A DNA stretch of 64,000 bases from Candidatus Hydrothermus pacificus (GTDB taxonomy: Bacteria; Hydrothermota; Hydrothermia; Hydrothermales; Hydrothermaceae): the NCBI GenBank assembly GCA_002011615.1, contig MTOH01000002.1:207526-271525 (forward strand), written 5' to 3'. A model generated the notes under the pieces. The model was not told the origin of the DNA. It saw only the letters and a list, made by a program, of their open reading frames with translations, and did not search any database. The position numbers and the translations under genes were made by a program. Below are positions 28,051 through 38,638 of the stretch, piece by piece. The stretch's first letter is position 1, and every line of letters begins with the position of its first letter.

Positions 28051-29442
28051 TTAACTGTTTTTTTCCAGTTTTTTGAGTATTAATTTCCCCACTTGTTTGG
28101 GGTCAGCCCTGCCCTTTAATTTTTTCATTGTTTGACCTATTAAAAACCCCAGGACACCTTTTTTCCCCTTTATATATTTCTCAACAACATCTGGATTTTC
28201 TTCTATAACTTCTTTCACTGCGCTCTCAATTATATCATCGCCTTTTATTATGGATTTTTCTTCTTTTTTGATTAATTCCGAAATTGGTATTTTTTCTGAG
28301 ATGCTTCTTTTTAAAATTTCTTTTCCAATATTCCTGGTTATTTTATTTTCATTAACGCTTTTTACAAGTTGTGCAATTTCTGATGCTGAAAGCCCGAGTT
28401 TTCTTGTATTTTCAGGTTCTGTATAAGCAAGTAGTTCTGTTATGACCCAGCTGGAAACATCCTCTGGGTTTTTATAAAATTTAAGTATCTCTTCAAAGTA
28501 ATCTGCGAGTTCCTTTTCAGAAACGAGAATTTCTGCATCTTTCTCATCAAGAAAATATAGTTTGACAAATCTTTGTTTTTTCTGGTAAGGAAGTTCCGGT
28601 ATTTCCTTTTTTATTTTCTCAATTAGTTCAGTAGATAGTTCCAGAGGAGGCAAGTCGGGTTCAGGAAAATACCTGTAATCAAGTTCTTCTTCCTTTACCC
28701 TCATAACTCTTGTCTCTTTTTTAAACTCATCCCATAGTCTTGTTTCTCTTCTTATTTTCTCACCCTTTTCAATAACTTCTTTTTGCCTTTTTATCTCATA
28801 CAAAAGACCTTCATAAACAGCTTTTAAAGAGTTCAGGTTTTTAAGTTCTGCTCTGCCTTCTTTTGATACAGACACATTAGAATCAACTCTGAACATACCC
28901 TTTTCCATATCGCATTCAGATACACCAAGATATCTTATTATTCTTCTTAATTCTTTTAAAAATTCCACTGCCTCTTCAGGAGATTTTATACATGGGAGTG
29001 TTACTATTTCAAGTAGGGGTATTCCACATCTATTGAAATCAAGCAATACTTCACCGTTTTCTGTGTAGATTGATTTTGCGGTTTCCTCTTCAATGTTAAT
29101 TCTTTCGAGGTACACACTGCCACTTTTTATATTCACTGAACCGCCTTCTGCAATTGATGTTCCATATTGAGTTATCTGATAGCCTTTTGGTAAATCAGGA
29201 TAGAAATAATTTTTTCTTGTGAAGATTGAGAACCTGTTTATTTTTGAATTCAGGGCGATTCCCACTTTTACAGCTTTTTTAACAGCTTCAAAGTTGGGGG
29301 AGGGGAGTATTCCCGGTTCACCCATGCATACAGGGCAAATTCTCGTATTTGGTTCCCCTCCATACTCATTTTTACAGGGACAGAACATTTTAGTTTCTGT
29401 AGAAAGTTCCACATGTATTTCAAGACCTATCTTAGTTTCCAT
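28051..29442 (-). CDS. gatB: Asp-tRNA(Asn)/Glu-tRNA(Gln) amidotransferase subunit B
   Basis: GatB N-terminus METKIGLEIHVEL and C-terminal GatB/YqeY domain. Start set at the internal ATG (29442) by homology to known GatB N-termini; ORF-track start is 29499. Confidence 0.9.
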   Translation of the reverse strand: METKIGLEIHVELSTETKMFCPCKNEYGGEPNTRICPVCMGEPGILPSPNFEAVKKAVKVGIALNSKINRFSIFTRKNYFYPDLPKGYQITQYGTSIAEGGSVNIKSGSVYLERINIEEETAKSIYTENGEVLLDFNRCGIPLLEIVTLPCIKSPEEAVEFLKELRRIIRYLGVSECDMEKGMFRVDSNVSVSKEGRAELKNLNSLKAVYEGLLYEIKRQKEVIEKGEKIRRETRLWDEFKKETRVMRVKEEELDYRYFPEPDLPPLELSTELIEKIKKEIPELPYQKKQRFVKLYFLDEKDAEILVSEKELADYFEEILKFYKNPEDVSSWVITELLAYTEPENTRKLGLSASEIAQLVKSVNENKITRNIGKEILKRSISEKIPISELIKKEEKSIIKGDDIIESAVKEVIEENPDVVEKYIKGKKGVLGFLIGQTMKKLKGRADPKQVGKLILKKLEKNS

Positions 29443-30871
29443 ATCTCTGTTTGATGAAGTCTTCAAGTTGAAGAGAGAGTTTGAACAATCTTCCTTCATC
29501 CAGAGGTTTTGCCATAATCTGCATCCCTATGGGTAACCCTTCTCCTGTTTTTCCACAGGGTATTGAAATTGCAGGGATTCCTGAAAGATTTGCTGAAACT
29601 GTAAAAATATCGGATAGATAAAGTTTTATCGGGTCTTCTACTTTTTCGCCTATTTTAAAAGCAGGGAAGGGAGAAGTTGGAGTTATTATAAAATCCACTT
29701 TTTCAAAATTATCCATGAATTCTTCGAGAATCATTGACCTTGCTTTCTGTGCCTTAATGTAGTATTCTTCATAATATCCACTTCTCAAAGCAAACCCTCC
29801 CATTATTATTCTTCTCAGAACTTCTTCTCCAAAACCATATCCTCTTGTTTTTTTATAAACCTCTTCTAAATATTTTCCTTCAAGTCTTAAACCGTATCTT
29901 ATTCCATCAAATCTTGCAAGGTTTGAGGATGCTTCTGCTCCTGTTATTATATGATAAACGGGTATTGCATATCTGAAACTTCGCATCTCAATGTTTTTTA
30001 ATTCATAGTTTTTTGATTTTACAAACTCTCTCAAAATTTCATCGAGTCTTGCTTTTATCTCTTCTTCCACACCCTGTTCAAGAAGTTTCTCGGGGAAACC
30101 GATTCTAAATTTTATCTCTTCTTCAGGAATTTCAGGAGCAGGAACATCAAAAGTTGTTTTATCTTTTTCGTCAAAACCCGCTATTATTCTGAAGATTGTC
30201 CAGGAATCCATTACATTTATGGTTATTGGACCTATCTGGTCACAGGAAGATGCAAATGCAACAAGGCCGTATCTGGAAACTCTTCCATAGGTGGGTTTAA
30301 ATCCCACAACACCACAGAAAGCTGCTGGTTGTCTCACAGAACCGCCCGTGTCAGAACCAAGAGCACAGGTTGCGAAGCCTGCAGCAATCGCGGCAGCACT
30401 TCCTCCTGATGAACCTCCTGGAACGTATCCTTTCTTTAAAGGATTATGAACAGGACCAGAGGACGAAAATTCATTGCTCGAACCCATCCCGAATTCATCC
30501 ATGTTAGTTTTTCCTATTATTATTGCGTCCTCTAATAGTAGTTTTTCCACCACTGTTGCATTATAGGTTGCAATATAACCTTTCAGTATCTTTGAAGCAC
30601 ATGTTGTTTCAGCGTCTTTTACGAGTATGTTATCTTTGATAGCCACAGGAACCCCGAAGAGAGAGCCTGTTTTTTCTTTATTCTTGATTTTTTTATCAAG
30701 AATTTTTGCCCGTTCTATTGCCTGATTCTCAAATACTTTTATAAAGGAGTTTATGTGTTTATCCTTTTCTTTTATTTTTTTTATTAAACTTTCAATTAAT
30801 TGACTTGGAAGAAAATCGCCTTTTTTATATTTTTCTATGAGAAGATGAACCGGAAGATTCAGTTCTTTCAC
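29432..30871 (-). CDS. gatA: Glutamyl-tRNA(Gln) amidotransferase subunit A
   Basis: 479 aa; amidase signature GGSSGGSAAAIAAG and catalytic Ser/Lys context. Confidence 0.9.
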   Translation of the reverse strand: MKELNLPVHLLIEKYKKGDFLPSQLIESLIKKIKEKDKHINSFIKVFENQAIERAKILDKKIKNKEKTGSLFGVPVAIKDNILVKDAETTCASKILKGYIATYNATVVEKLLLEDAIIIGKTNMDEFGMGSSNEFSSSGPVHNPLKKGYVPGGSSGGSAAAIAAGFATCALGSDTGGSVRQPAAFCGVVGFKPTYGRVSRYGLVAFASSCDQIGPITINVMDSWTIFRIIAGFDEKDKTTFDVPAPEIPEEEIKFRIGFPEKLLEQGVEEEIKARLDEILREFVKSKNYELKNIEMRSFRYAIPVYHIITGAEASSNLARFDGIRYGLRLEGKYLEEVYKKTRGYGFGEEVLRRIIMGGFALRSGYYEEYYIKAQKARSMILEEFMDNFEKVDFIITPTSPFPAFKIGEKVEDPIKLYLSDIFTVSANLSGIPAISIPCGKTGEGLPIGMQIMAKPLDEGRLFKLSLQLEDFIKQRYGN

Positions 30872-31167
30872 CTTTTTTTGGATTCTTTAATTGGAGAAAA
30901 AGCCTTTAAGAACCTGTCTATTTTTTCAGGGAAATTTTTTATAATTTTATTCTCTTCTTTAAATTGTAATATTTTATCCTCTCTTAAAAGTAATTTATGA
31001 AAACCCGAGTGTATAAATGGTTTATAATCTTTAAGGTCAATCTCGTCCAGAACTTTAAACCAATCGAGCATTTTTTTTAAATGCTCTACATACTTTAATC
31101 TATCCTGCACTTCAATTCTCAGAAGAGAGCAGAGAGTATCTATCTCTTTTTTATAATCAAGTTTCAA
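30868..31167 (-). CDS. gatC: Glu-tRNA(Gln) amidotransferase subunit C
   Basis: 99 aa, directly upstream of and overlapping gatA in gatCAB order; size and position fit GatC. Confidence 0.7.
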   Translation of the reverse strand: MKLDYKKEIDTLCSLLRIEVQDRLKYVEHLKKMLDWFKVLDEIDLKDYKPFIHSGFHKLLLREDKILQFKEENKIIKNFPEKIDRFLKAFSPIKESKKR

Positions 31168-31483
31168 GAATTTCTTTGATTTTTTCTTCTATATGATGCT
31201 TGGGAACCGCCCCTATTATTCTACCTGCTTCTTTACCATTTTTAAAGAACAGAAGAGTGGGGATGCTCATTACAGAGAATCTGGAAGGCGTTTGTGGGTT
31301 TTCATCAACATTGAGTTTATATATTTTTATTTTATCGGAATATTTTTCTGCAAGTTCCTTTACATGAGGTTCTATCATTTTACAGGGATGACACCATTCT
31401 GCCCACAGATCTATAACTACCGGTGTGGTTGCTTTTACCACTTTTTCTTCAAATTCACCGTCTGTCAGACTTTCAAGAGCCAT
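31157..31483 (-). CDS. trx: Thioredoxin
   Basis: Thioredoxin fold with WCHPC active site. Start set at ATG 31483 (MALESL..) because the longer ORF would run into the tRNA. Confidence 0.85.
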   Translation of the reverse strand: MALESLTDGEFEEKVVKATTPVVIDLWAEWCHPCKMIEPHVKELAEKYSDKIKIYKLNVDENPQTPSRFSVMSIPTLLFFKNGKEAGRIIGAVPKHHIEEKIKEILET

Positions 31484-31498
31484 GGCTATTAATAAAAA

Positions 31499-31572
<74 letters not shown>

Positions 31573-31621
31573 ATAAATAAAAGTGTATAAATGATAAGGT
31601 AAGAGATAAAGCTATGTCAAG

Positions 31622-31651
31622 TTGACAAATCTGTGATAAATCGATTAAAAT
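31622..31651 (+). promoter_or_regulatory. Candidate sigma70-type promoter (TTGACA-N18-TAAAAT) for the rpsL-rpsG-fusA-tuf ribosomal operon
   Basis: -35 at 31622-31627 and -10-like TAAAAT at 31646-31651; strong SD AAAGGGGTGG precedes rpsL. Confidence 0.45.
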
Positions 31652-31713
31652 TAAAACACTTTAAAAATTTAAGAAGATAAAATTGAGTTTTTAAAAGATA
31701 AAAGGGGTGGATT

Positions 31714-32094
31714 ATGCCAACAATTAATCAATTAGTTAAACATGGCAGAAAGCCAAAGATAAAAAAGTCTAAATCACCTGCTCTGGATTCCTGCCCTCAG
31801 AAAAGAGGGGTTTGTATAAGAGTGTATACAACCACTCCGAAAAAACCTAACTCCGCTCTTAGAAAAGTTTCCAAAGTCAGACTATCCAATGGAAGAGAGG
31901 TTATTGCCTATATTCCTGGCGAAGGACACAATTTACAGGAACACTCTGTAGTTCTTGTCAGAGGAGGCAGGGTTAAGGACCTTCCTGGTGTTAAGTATCA
32001 TGTGGTTAGAGGTAAATTTGATTGTGCGGGTGTTGAAGGCAGAAAACAGAGCAGGAGCAAGTACGGAACAAAGAGGACAAAAAAGGGAGGTTGA
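31714..32094 (+). CDS. rpsL: 30S ribosomal protein S12
   Basis: 126 aa; MPTINQL N-terminus and conserved PKKPNSA region. Confidence 0.95.
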   Translation: MPTINQLVKHGRKPKIKKSKSPALDSCPQKRGVCIRVYTTTPKKPNSALRKVSKVRLSNGREVIAYIPGEGHNLQEHSVVLVRGGRVKDLPGVKYHVVRGKFDCAGVEGRKQSRSKYGTKRTKKGG

Positions 32095-32564
32095 TAATGC
32101 GAAGAAGAAAGGCACCTGTTAGAACGGTTTCTCCTGACCCGAAATACAATTCCACTATAGCGATGAAGTTTATAAACGACCTCATGCAGGATGGAAAAAA
32201 AAGTCTTTCTATGACTATATTTTACGGGGCCCTTGATAAGATAAAAGAAATTACAGGTGAAGATGGTTTTAAAGTTTTTGAAAAGGCAATAGAAAATGTT
32301 AAACCAAAACTTGAAGTGCGTCCCAGAAGAGTAGGTGGTGCGACCTATCAGGTTCCTGTTGAGGTCAGGCCGAGAAGACAACTGTCCCTTGCTATAAAAT
32401 GGTTGATAAAAGCGGCAAGAGAAAGATCTGAGAAAACAATGGTGGAAAGACTCGCAAAAGAATTTATTGACGCCTCAAAAAATGAGGGTAAGGCTATAAA
32501 AATTAGAGAAAATACCCACAGAATGGCTGAAGCGAACAGGGCTTTTGCTCACTTTAGATGGTGA
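32091..32564 (+). CDS. rpsG: 30S ribosomal protein S7
   Basis: 157 aa; conserved S7 motifs ([31 protein letters not shown]). Confidence 0.95.
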   Translation: MIMRRRKAPVRTVSPDPKYNSTIAMKFINDLMQDGKKSLSMTIFYGALDKIKEITGEDGFKVFEKAIENVKPKLEVRPRRVGGATYQVPVEVRPRRQLSLAIKWLIKAARERSEKTMVERLAKEFIDASKNEGKAIKIRENTHRMAEANRAFAHFRW

Positions 32565-32568
32565 TTAA

Positions 32569-34602
32569 ATGAATAAGGAGAAAATAAGAAATATAGGATT
32601 GGCAGCTCATATAGATGCAGGTAAAACTACAACGACAGAAAGGATACTTTTTTATACGGGTAGAATTCATAGAATAGGTGAGGTAGATGAGGGAACAGCG
32701 ACCATGGATTGGTTGCAGCAGGAAAAGGAACGAGGTATTACAATATGGTCTGCTGCAACTACCTGTTACTGGAAGGAATACAGGATAAATATAATAGATA
32801 CTCCTGGACATGTTGATTTTACTGCAGAAGTTGAGAGGTCTTTAAGAATTCTTGATGGGCTCGTGGTTATCTTTTGTGCAGTAGGTGGGGTTGAACCTCA
32901 GTCCGAAACAGTATGGAGACAGGCAGATAAATTTGATGTGCCGAGAATAGTATTTATAAATAAGATGGATAGAATAGGAGCCGACTGTTTCAGGGTTTTG
33001 AAGGAGATTGAGAAGAAATTTGCGGTTAATACTGTTCTAATGCAGTTGCCTCTCGGAGCCGAGGAAGAGTTTAAAGGGGTAATTGACCTTTTGAGAGGGA
33101 AGAAACTTATATGGGATGTAGACGAAATCGGGGAAAGATATAGAGAAGAGGAAGCCAGTGAAGAAGAGATGGGTAACTGGAGAGAAGAGCTTTTCCTTTG
33201 CCTGGGCGAGCTTGACGATGAACTTGCAGAGAGATATATTGAGAAAAAAGATATAGAGCTTAAAAAAGTTAAGAGTATAATAAGAAAAGGGGTTATTGAA
33301 GGCAGAATAGTTCCTGTTTTTATCGGATCTGCGTTAAAAAATAAGGGGATTCAATGTCTGATTGATGCGATATGTGACTATCTTCCCTCACCGCTTGATA
33401 AAAGAGGTGTAATGGGTAAGATTCCTGGCAAAGAGGAAATAATTGAAAGAAAGCCTTCAGATGAAGAACCTTTTAGTAGTGTTGTCTTTAAAATTCAAAT
33501 AGATAAAAAACTTGGCAAACTCTCCTATACAAGAGTTTATTCTGGTAAAATCAAACCGGGACAGAAGATAATGAATTCTGCAAATGGAGAAATATTCAGA
33601 ATCCAGAGACTTTATCTGTTGCATGCTAATAGAAGAAACTCTCTTCAAGAAGCTGCGGCAGGTGAGATAGTTGGAATAGTGGGCGCAAAAAGGGTTAAAA
33701 CAGGAGATACTTTTTGTGATATTGATAATCCTGTTATTTATGAGGAAATGCTTTTTCCAGAGCCTGTTGTATCAATTGCGATAGAACCAAAGAGTATAAG
33801 AGAACTCCCAAAACTTGAGGAGTGCCTTGCTTTCATGCTTGAGGAAGACCCGACATTCAGGGTGAAAAGGGATGAAGAAACAGGGCAGTTCGTGCTCAGC
33901 GGTATGGGAGAACTTCAGCTTGACATATTGCTCGACAGGCTTAAAAGGGACTTTGGTCTGGAAGTCAGGTCTGGTAAACCGCAGGTTGCTTATAGAGAAA
34001 CAATTTCTGTTTCAGCAAGTGGGTATCATAAGTTTTCAAAAACAATAGGAGATGCTCATCATTTTGGTGAAGCCAACCTGAGCGTGCATCCTAATCCTCA
34101 GAAAGGTAATTACATAGAAATACCTGTGGATATCCCGGATGACTTTAAAGAAGTGGTGCGTGAATCTGTAAATACGATTCTTCTATTTGGTCCTCTTGCT
34201 GGTTATCCGGTAACTGACGTAAAAGTTGAATTTCACAAACTCTCAAAAGGCAGTAATGTAACTCCCCTTGGTCTTGGTAACGCGATTCAGGAAGCTTTGA
34301 GAGAAGCTCTTATAAAGGGAGACCCTATTCTTCTTGAACCTGTGGTTAAAATAGAGATTACAGTTCCCTCAGAGTTTGTGGGTAATGTTGTTGGTGACCT
34401 TGGAACAAGGAATGCCTCTTTGAAAAAAATTACAAAGGTGTCGGACTTTATTCAGAGGGTTTCAGCAGAAATACCTCTGAGGGAAATTTTTGGTTATGCA
34501 ACTACTTTGAGGTCATTAACTCAGGGAAGGGGTAACTTCTGGATGGAAATATCCCACTTTGCTCCTGTCCCTGAAGAGATAAAGAAGAAAATAATGATTT
34601 AA
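32569..34602 (+). CDS. fusA: Elongation factor G
   Basis: 677 aa; GTPase G1-G4 motifs ([21 protein letters not shown]) and EF-G domains II-V. Confidence 0.95.
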   Translation: MNKEKIRNIGLAAHIDAGKTTTTERILFYTGRIHRIGEVDEGTATMDWLQQEKERGITIWSAATTCYWKEYRINIIDTPGHVDFTAEVERSLRILDGLVVIFCAVGGVEPQSETVWRQADKFDVPRIVFINKMDRIGADCFRVLKEIEKKFAVNTVLMQLPLGAEEEFKGVIDLLRGKKLIWDVDEIGERYREEEASEEEMGNWREELFLCLGELDDELAERYIEKKDIELKKVKSIIRKGVIEGRIVPVFIGSALKNKGIQCLIDAICDYLPSPLDKRGVMGKIPGKEEIIERKPSDEEPFSSVVFKIQIDKKLGKLSYTRVYSGKIKPGQKIMNSANGEIFRIQRLYLLHANRRNSLQEAAAGEIVGIVGAKRVKTGDTFCDIDNPVIYEEMLFPEPVVSIAIEPKSIRELPKLEECLAFMLEEDPTFRVKRDEETGQFVLSGMGELQLDILLDRLKRDFGLEVRSGKPQVAYRETISVSASGYHKFSKTIGDAHHFGEANLSVHPNPQKGNYIEIPVDIPDDFKEVVRESVNTILLFGPLAGYPVTDVKVEFHKLSKGSNVTPLGLGNAIQEALREALIKGDPILLEPVVKIEITVPSEFVGNVVGDLGTRNASLKKITKVSDFIQRVSAEIPLREIFGYATTLRSLTQGRGNFWMEISHFAPVPEEIKKKIMI

Positions 34603-34614
34603 GGAGGTGTAAAG

Positions 34615-35829
34615 ATGGCAAAACAAAAATTTGAAAGAACAAAACCCCATGTCAATGTGGGGACTATAGGACATATAGACCACGGGAAAACAACCCTCAC
34701 GTCTGCCATTACAAAGGTTCTTTCTACCAAAGGACTCGCACAGGAAAGATCCTATGATGAAGTTGCAAAAGCTGATGCAAAGCTCTTCAGAAGAGATGAA
34801 ACCAAAATTTTGACTGTTAACCTTGCGCATATTGAATATGAGACCGAAAAAAGGCATTACGCTCATATTGACTGCCCGGGACACCATGATTATGTTAAGA
34901 ATATGATTACAGGTGCCGCACAGATGGATGGCTCAATACTGGTAGTTGCTGCTACTGATAGTGTTATGCCCCAGACAAGAGAGCATACACTTCTCGCAAG
35001 ACAGGTTAATGTTCCTTATATACTTGTATTTGTTAACAAAACAGATGCAGTTGATGACCCTGAACTTGTTGAACTGGTTGAAATGGAAGTAAGAGACCTT
35101 TTGAATAAATATGAATTTCCCGGTGATGATGTCCCTGTTATAAAAGGTAGTGCTTTGAAAGCTCTTCAGTGTGGTTGTGGAAAGAAAGAATGTGAGAATT
35201 GTGGGTCTATATGGCAACTCCTTGATGCAATGGATAGTTATATTCCCGAACCAAAAAGAGAAATTGATAAGCCTTTCCTGCTTGCAATAGAAGATATTTT
35301 CTCAATAACCGGTAGAGGAACTGTAGTTACAGGTAGAGTGGAAAGGGGAAAGATTACTCCCGGTGCTGAAGTTGAGATAGTTGGTTTTGGACCCACAAGG
35401 AAAACAGTGGTTACAAGTCTTGAGATGTTTAGAAAAACACTTGATGAAGCTATTGCAGGAGACAATGTGGGGCTTCTTTTAAGAGGAATTGGCAAAGATG
35501 AGGTGGAAAGAGGAATGGTTATTTCTACACCCGGTTCAATCACACCCCATACTAAATTTAAAGCAGAAGTTTATGTTCTTACAAAAGAAGAAGGTGGAAG
35601 ACATACTCCCTTTTTCAATGGTTACAGACCACAGTTCTATTTCAGAACGACTGATGTTACGGGTTCTATTAAACTTCCTGAAGGTAGAGAAATGGTTATG
35701 CCTGGTGACCATGTGAATCTGGATGTAGAACTCATGTATCCTGTGGCTCTTGAAAAAGAATTGAGGTTTGCGATAAGAGAGGGTGGTAGGACTGTTGGTG
35801 CTGGTGTGGTTACTGAAATAGTGGAATAA
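34615..35829 (+). CDS. tuf: Elongation factor Tu, with a Cys4 insertion in domain I
   Basis: 404 aa; canonical EF-Tu motifs ([21 protein letters not shown]). Carries [13 protein letters not shown] where E. coli has the GDAEWEAKILE loop. Confidence 0.95.
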   Translation: MAKQKFERTKPHVNVGTIGHIDHGKTTLTSAITKVLSTKGLAQERSYDEVAKADAKLFRRDETKILTVNLAHIEYETEKRHYAHIDCPGHHDYVKNMITGAAQMDGSILVVAATDSVMPQTREHTLLARQVNVPYILVFVNKTDAVDDPELVELVEMEVRDLLNKYEFPGDDVPVIKGSALKALQCGCGKKECENCGSIWQLLDAMDSYIPEPKREIDKPFLLAIEDIFSITGRGTVVTGRVERGKITPGAEVEIVGFGPTRKTVVTSLEMFRKTLDEAIAGDNVGLLLRGIGKDEVERGMVISTPGSITPHTKFKAEVYVLTKEEGGRHTPFFNGYRPQFYFRTTDVTGSIKLPEGREMVMPGDHVNLDVELMYPVALEKELRFAIREGGRTVGAGVVTEIVE

Positions 35830-36138
35830 ATGGAACAGAAGATAAGAATAAAATTGCAGGCTTTTGATCCGAGACTCCTGGATAAATCTGCAAGAAGAGT
35901 GGCTATGACTGCCCGGATGACAGGAGCGAGAGTATCAGGACCCATTCCTCTGCCGACAAGAAGAACATTGATTACAGTGATCAGATCCCCACATATTGAC
36001 AAGAGGTCACGAGAGCAGTTTGAATTGAAAATTCACAAAAGGTTGATAGAGATAAAAAGTCCCACGCCTGACACAATTGATAAATTATCAAGAGTGGAAA
36101 TACCTGCAGGAGTTGATGTGGTTATAAAGGTGGTATAG
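35830..36138 (+). CDS. rpsJ: 30S ribosomal protein S10
   Basis: 102 aa; [11 protein letters not shown]-terminus and conserved S10 core. Confidence 0.95.
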   Translation: MEQKIRIKLQAFDPRLLDKSARRVAMTARMTGARVSGPIPLPTRRTLITVIRSPHIDKRSREQFELKIHKRLIEIKSPTPDTIDKLSRVEIPAGVDVVIKVV

Positions 36139-36140
36139 AG

Positions 36141-36788
36141 ATGACAGGGTTGATTGCGAAAAAACTTGGGATGACACAGATTTTTGATGATAGAGGAAAT
36201 GTTGTGCCTGTTACAGTTCTGGATTTTTCAGAATGTTATGTTCTGGACCTCAGAGAAGAAGAAAATGATGGTTATAACGCTGTTAGACTCTGCTACGGAA
36301 ATGTAAAAGCAAAAAGATTGAACAGACCTATACTTGGAGTCTTCAAGAAGATTTTTGGAGATAAGGATTTTTATCCAGCAAGATTTGTCCTGGAATTAAG
36401 AACTAAGGGTTCTGTTGATTTTAAGCCCGGTGAAAAAGTTGATGCTGAAAAGCTTTTCCAGATAGGAGAGAAGGTTGATGTGATTGGTAAAACCAAAGGC
36501 AGAGGGTTTACTGGTGTTATGAAGAGATGGAATTTTTCGGGTGGACCTTCTTCTCATGGCTCAATGTTCAAAAGAAGACCCGGTTCAATAGGTCAGACCA
36601 CAGACCCTGGAAGAGTCTGGAAGGGCAAGAAAATGGCGGGACATTATGGTAACGAGAGGGTTACCATTCACAATCTGGAGGTGATGAAAATAGACAAAGA
36701 TAGAGAAGTTATTCTGCTCAAGGGGTCTGTCCCGGGACCTGCTGGTTCATTTGTTGTGATACGGAAAGCAAAAAGGAGGAAACTGTAA
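36141..36788 (+). CDS. rplC: 50S ribosomal protein L3
   Basis: 215 aa; GLIAKKLGMTQIF N-terminus and GKTKGRGFTGVMKRWNF motif. Confidence 0.95.
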   Translation: MTGLIAKKLGMTQIFDDRGNVVPVTVLDFSECYVLDLREEENDGYNAVRLCYGNVKAKRLNRPILGVFKKIFGDKDFYPARFVLELRTKGSVDFKPGEKVDAEKLFQIGEKVDVIGKTKGRGFTGVMKRWNFSGGPSSHGSMFKRRPGSIGQTTDPGRVWKGKKMAGHYGNERVTIHNLEVMKIDKDREVILLKGSVPGPAGSFVVIRKAKRRKL

Positions 36789-36791
36789 GAG

Positions 36792-37430
36792 ATGGCAATA
36801 AAGGCACCTTTATATAATTTACAGGGAGAAAAAATAGGAGAAATAGATTTGAAGGAAGATATTTTCGGTCACGAACCGAACGTGCATCTTTTATGGGAAT
36901 ATGTTAGAATGTATCTTGCGAATCAAAGAGCGGGCACAGCGTCCACCAAGACAAGGGCAGAAGTAAGAGGTGGTGGAAGAAAACCATGGCCTCAAAAACA
37001 TACCGGGAGAGCAAGACATGGGTCTATAAGGTCTCCGATATGGAGAAAAGGAGGAGTTGCTTTTGGTCCAAAACCCAGAAACCACCATTATCATATTCCC
37101 AGAAAGGCAAGAAGACTCGCAACAAAACAGGCAATTTCTGACAGGGCAAAGGAAGGCAGAATAATGGTTCTTGAGGACATTAAGTTTGAAAATGGAAAAA
37201 CAAAAGAAGCTATTAGTCTTTTTAAGAAAATAGGGATTTATGGCAAGAAGATTCTCATTGCCACTCATAGCATGGATAAATCTGCAATTTCACCCTTGAG
37301 AAATCTTGATAAGACAAGAATTATACTGGGTAAAGATTTAAATGCTTATGAAGTCTTGAATTCTCAATATGTTCTTTTTACAAAAGAAGGGCTTGAACAG
37401 TACATAAAAATTCAGGGGAGTAAAAAATGA
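36792..37430 (+). CDS. rplD: 50S ribosomal protein L4
   Basis: 212 aa; conserved L4 region (KPWPQKHTGRARHGSIRSPIWRKGG). Confidence 0.95.
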   Translation: MAIKAPLYNLQGEKIGEIDLKEDIFGHEPNVHLLWEYVRMYLANQRAGTASTKTRAEVRGGGRKPWPQKHTGRARHGSIRSPIWRKGGVAFGPKPRNHHYHIPRKARRLATKQAISDRAKEGRIMVLEDIKFENGKTKEAISLFKKIGIYGKKILIATHSMDKSAISPLRNLDKTRIILGKDLNAYEVLNSQYVLFTKEGLEQYIKIQGSKK

Positions 37431-37720
37431 AAGACCCCAGAGATATAATTATTGAACCAATAGTTACAGAAAAAAGTGTGCATCTTAGAGATACACATAA
37501 TCAGTATGCATTTAAAGTCGCCATAAATGCTACTAAACCTGAGATAAGGAAAGCTGTAGAAGACCTGTTTAAGGTTAAAGTAGCCGATGTTAAAGTTATA
37601 AATGTAAAACCAAAAAAGAGAAGGCTCAGAACAAGGAAGTTTGGTTATACTTCTTCATGGAAAAAAGCTTATGTAAGATTAAAAGAAGGTGATAGAATAC
37701 CAATCTTTGAAGGAGCGTAA
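37427..37720 (+). CDS. rplW: 50S ribosomal protein L23
   Basis: 97 aa; position between L4 and L2 and L23-like sequence. Confidence 0.9.
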   Translation: MKDPRDIIIEPIVTEKSVHLRDTHNQYAFKVAINATKPEIRKAVEDLFKVKVADVKVINVKPKKRRLRTRKFGYTSSWKKAYVRLKEGDRIPIFEGA

Positions 37721-37721
37721 A

Positions 37722-38540
37722 ATGGGAATTAAAAAGTACAAACCTGTTACACCATCAAGAAGGTTTATGAGTTCTATTGATTTTTCAGAGCTTACCAAAA
37801 AAGAACCCGAGAAATCACTTGTGGTTCCTCTTAAAAAAACAGGTGGTAGAAACAATCAGGGCAGGACTACAGTAAGATTCAGAGGAGGAGGGCACAAAAG
37901 ACTGTACAGAATAATAGACTTCAAGAGAAATAAGGATGGAATTCCTGCAAAGGTTGTGAGTATAGAGTATGACCCGAATAGAACTGCGTGGATTGCTTTG
38001 CTGCAATATCGTGATGGAGAAAAACGATATATAATTGCGCCTCATGGTTTAAAAGTTGGAGATGAAGTTCTTTCAGGATCAGGTGCTCCTTTAAAGACCG
38101 GTAACACATTAACTCTCGCAGATATTCCAGAAGGAATTGAAATCCATAATATAGAGTTGATTCCTGGGAGAGGCGGTCAGCTTGTCCGTGCTGCAGGTGC
38201 GTCAGCCCTTATACTTTCCAAAGAAGGTGGTTATGCTCATGTTCAGATGCCTTCAGGTGAAATAAGAATGATTAATGTGAAGTGTAAAGCAACTATTGGT
38301 AGAGTCAGCAATGTAGACAACGAAGTTGTTGTTACAGGTAAAGCGGGAAGAACACGGTGGCTCGGTAAAAAGCCCCATGTAAGAGGGGTTGCAATGAACC
38401 CTGTAGACCATCCTCATGGAGGAGGAGAAGGAAGAACAAAAGGCAAGATTCCCAAAAGTCCCTGGGGCTGGTACACAAGAGGGAGAAAAACCAGGAAGAA
38501 AAAATCATCAAACAGGTTTATAATCAAAAAGAGAAAATAA
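37722..38540 (+). CDS. rplB: 50S ribosomal protein L2
   Basis: L2 N-terminus [14 protein letters not shown] and C-terminal [10 protein letters not shown] motif. Start set at the internal ATG (ORF-track start 37689 overlaps rplW). Confidence 0.95.
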   Translation: MGIKKYKPVTPSRRFMSSIDFSELTKKEPEKSLVVPLKKTGGRNNQGRTTVRFRGGGHKRLYRIIDFKRNKDGIPAKVVSIEYDPNRTAWIALLQYRDGEKRYIIAPHGLKVGDEVLSGSGAPLKTGNTLTLADIPEGIEIHNIELIPGRGGQLVRAAGASALILSKEGGYAHVQMPSGEIRMINVKCKATIGRVSNVDNEVVVTGKAGRTRWLGKKPHVRGVAMNPVDHPHGGGEGRTKGKIPKSPWGWYTRGRKTRKKKSSNRFIIKKRK

Positions 38541-38638
38541 AACTTTCTACAAATTCTTTTAATTATCATCTGCCAAAAAGTTTAATTGCTCAATACCCTC
38601 TAAAAAAGAGAGATGAGGCAAAATTACTTGTTGCGAAT

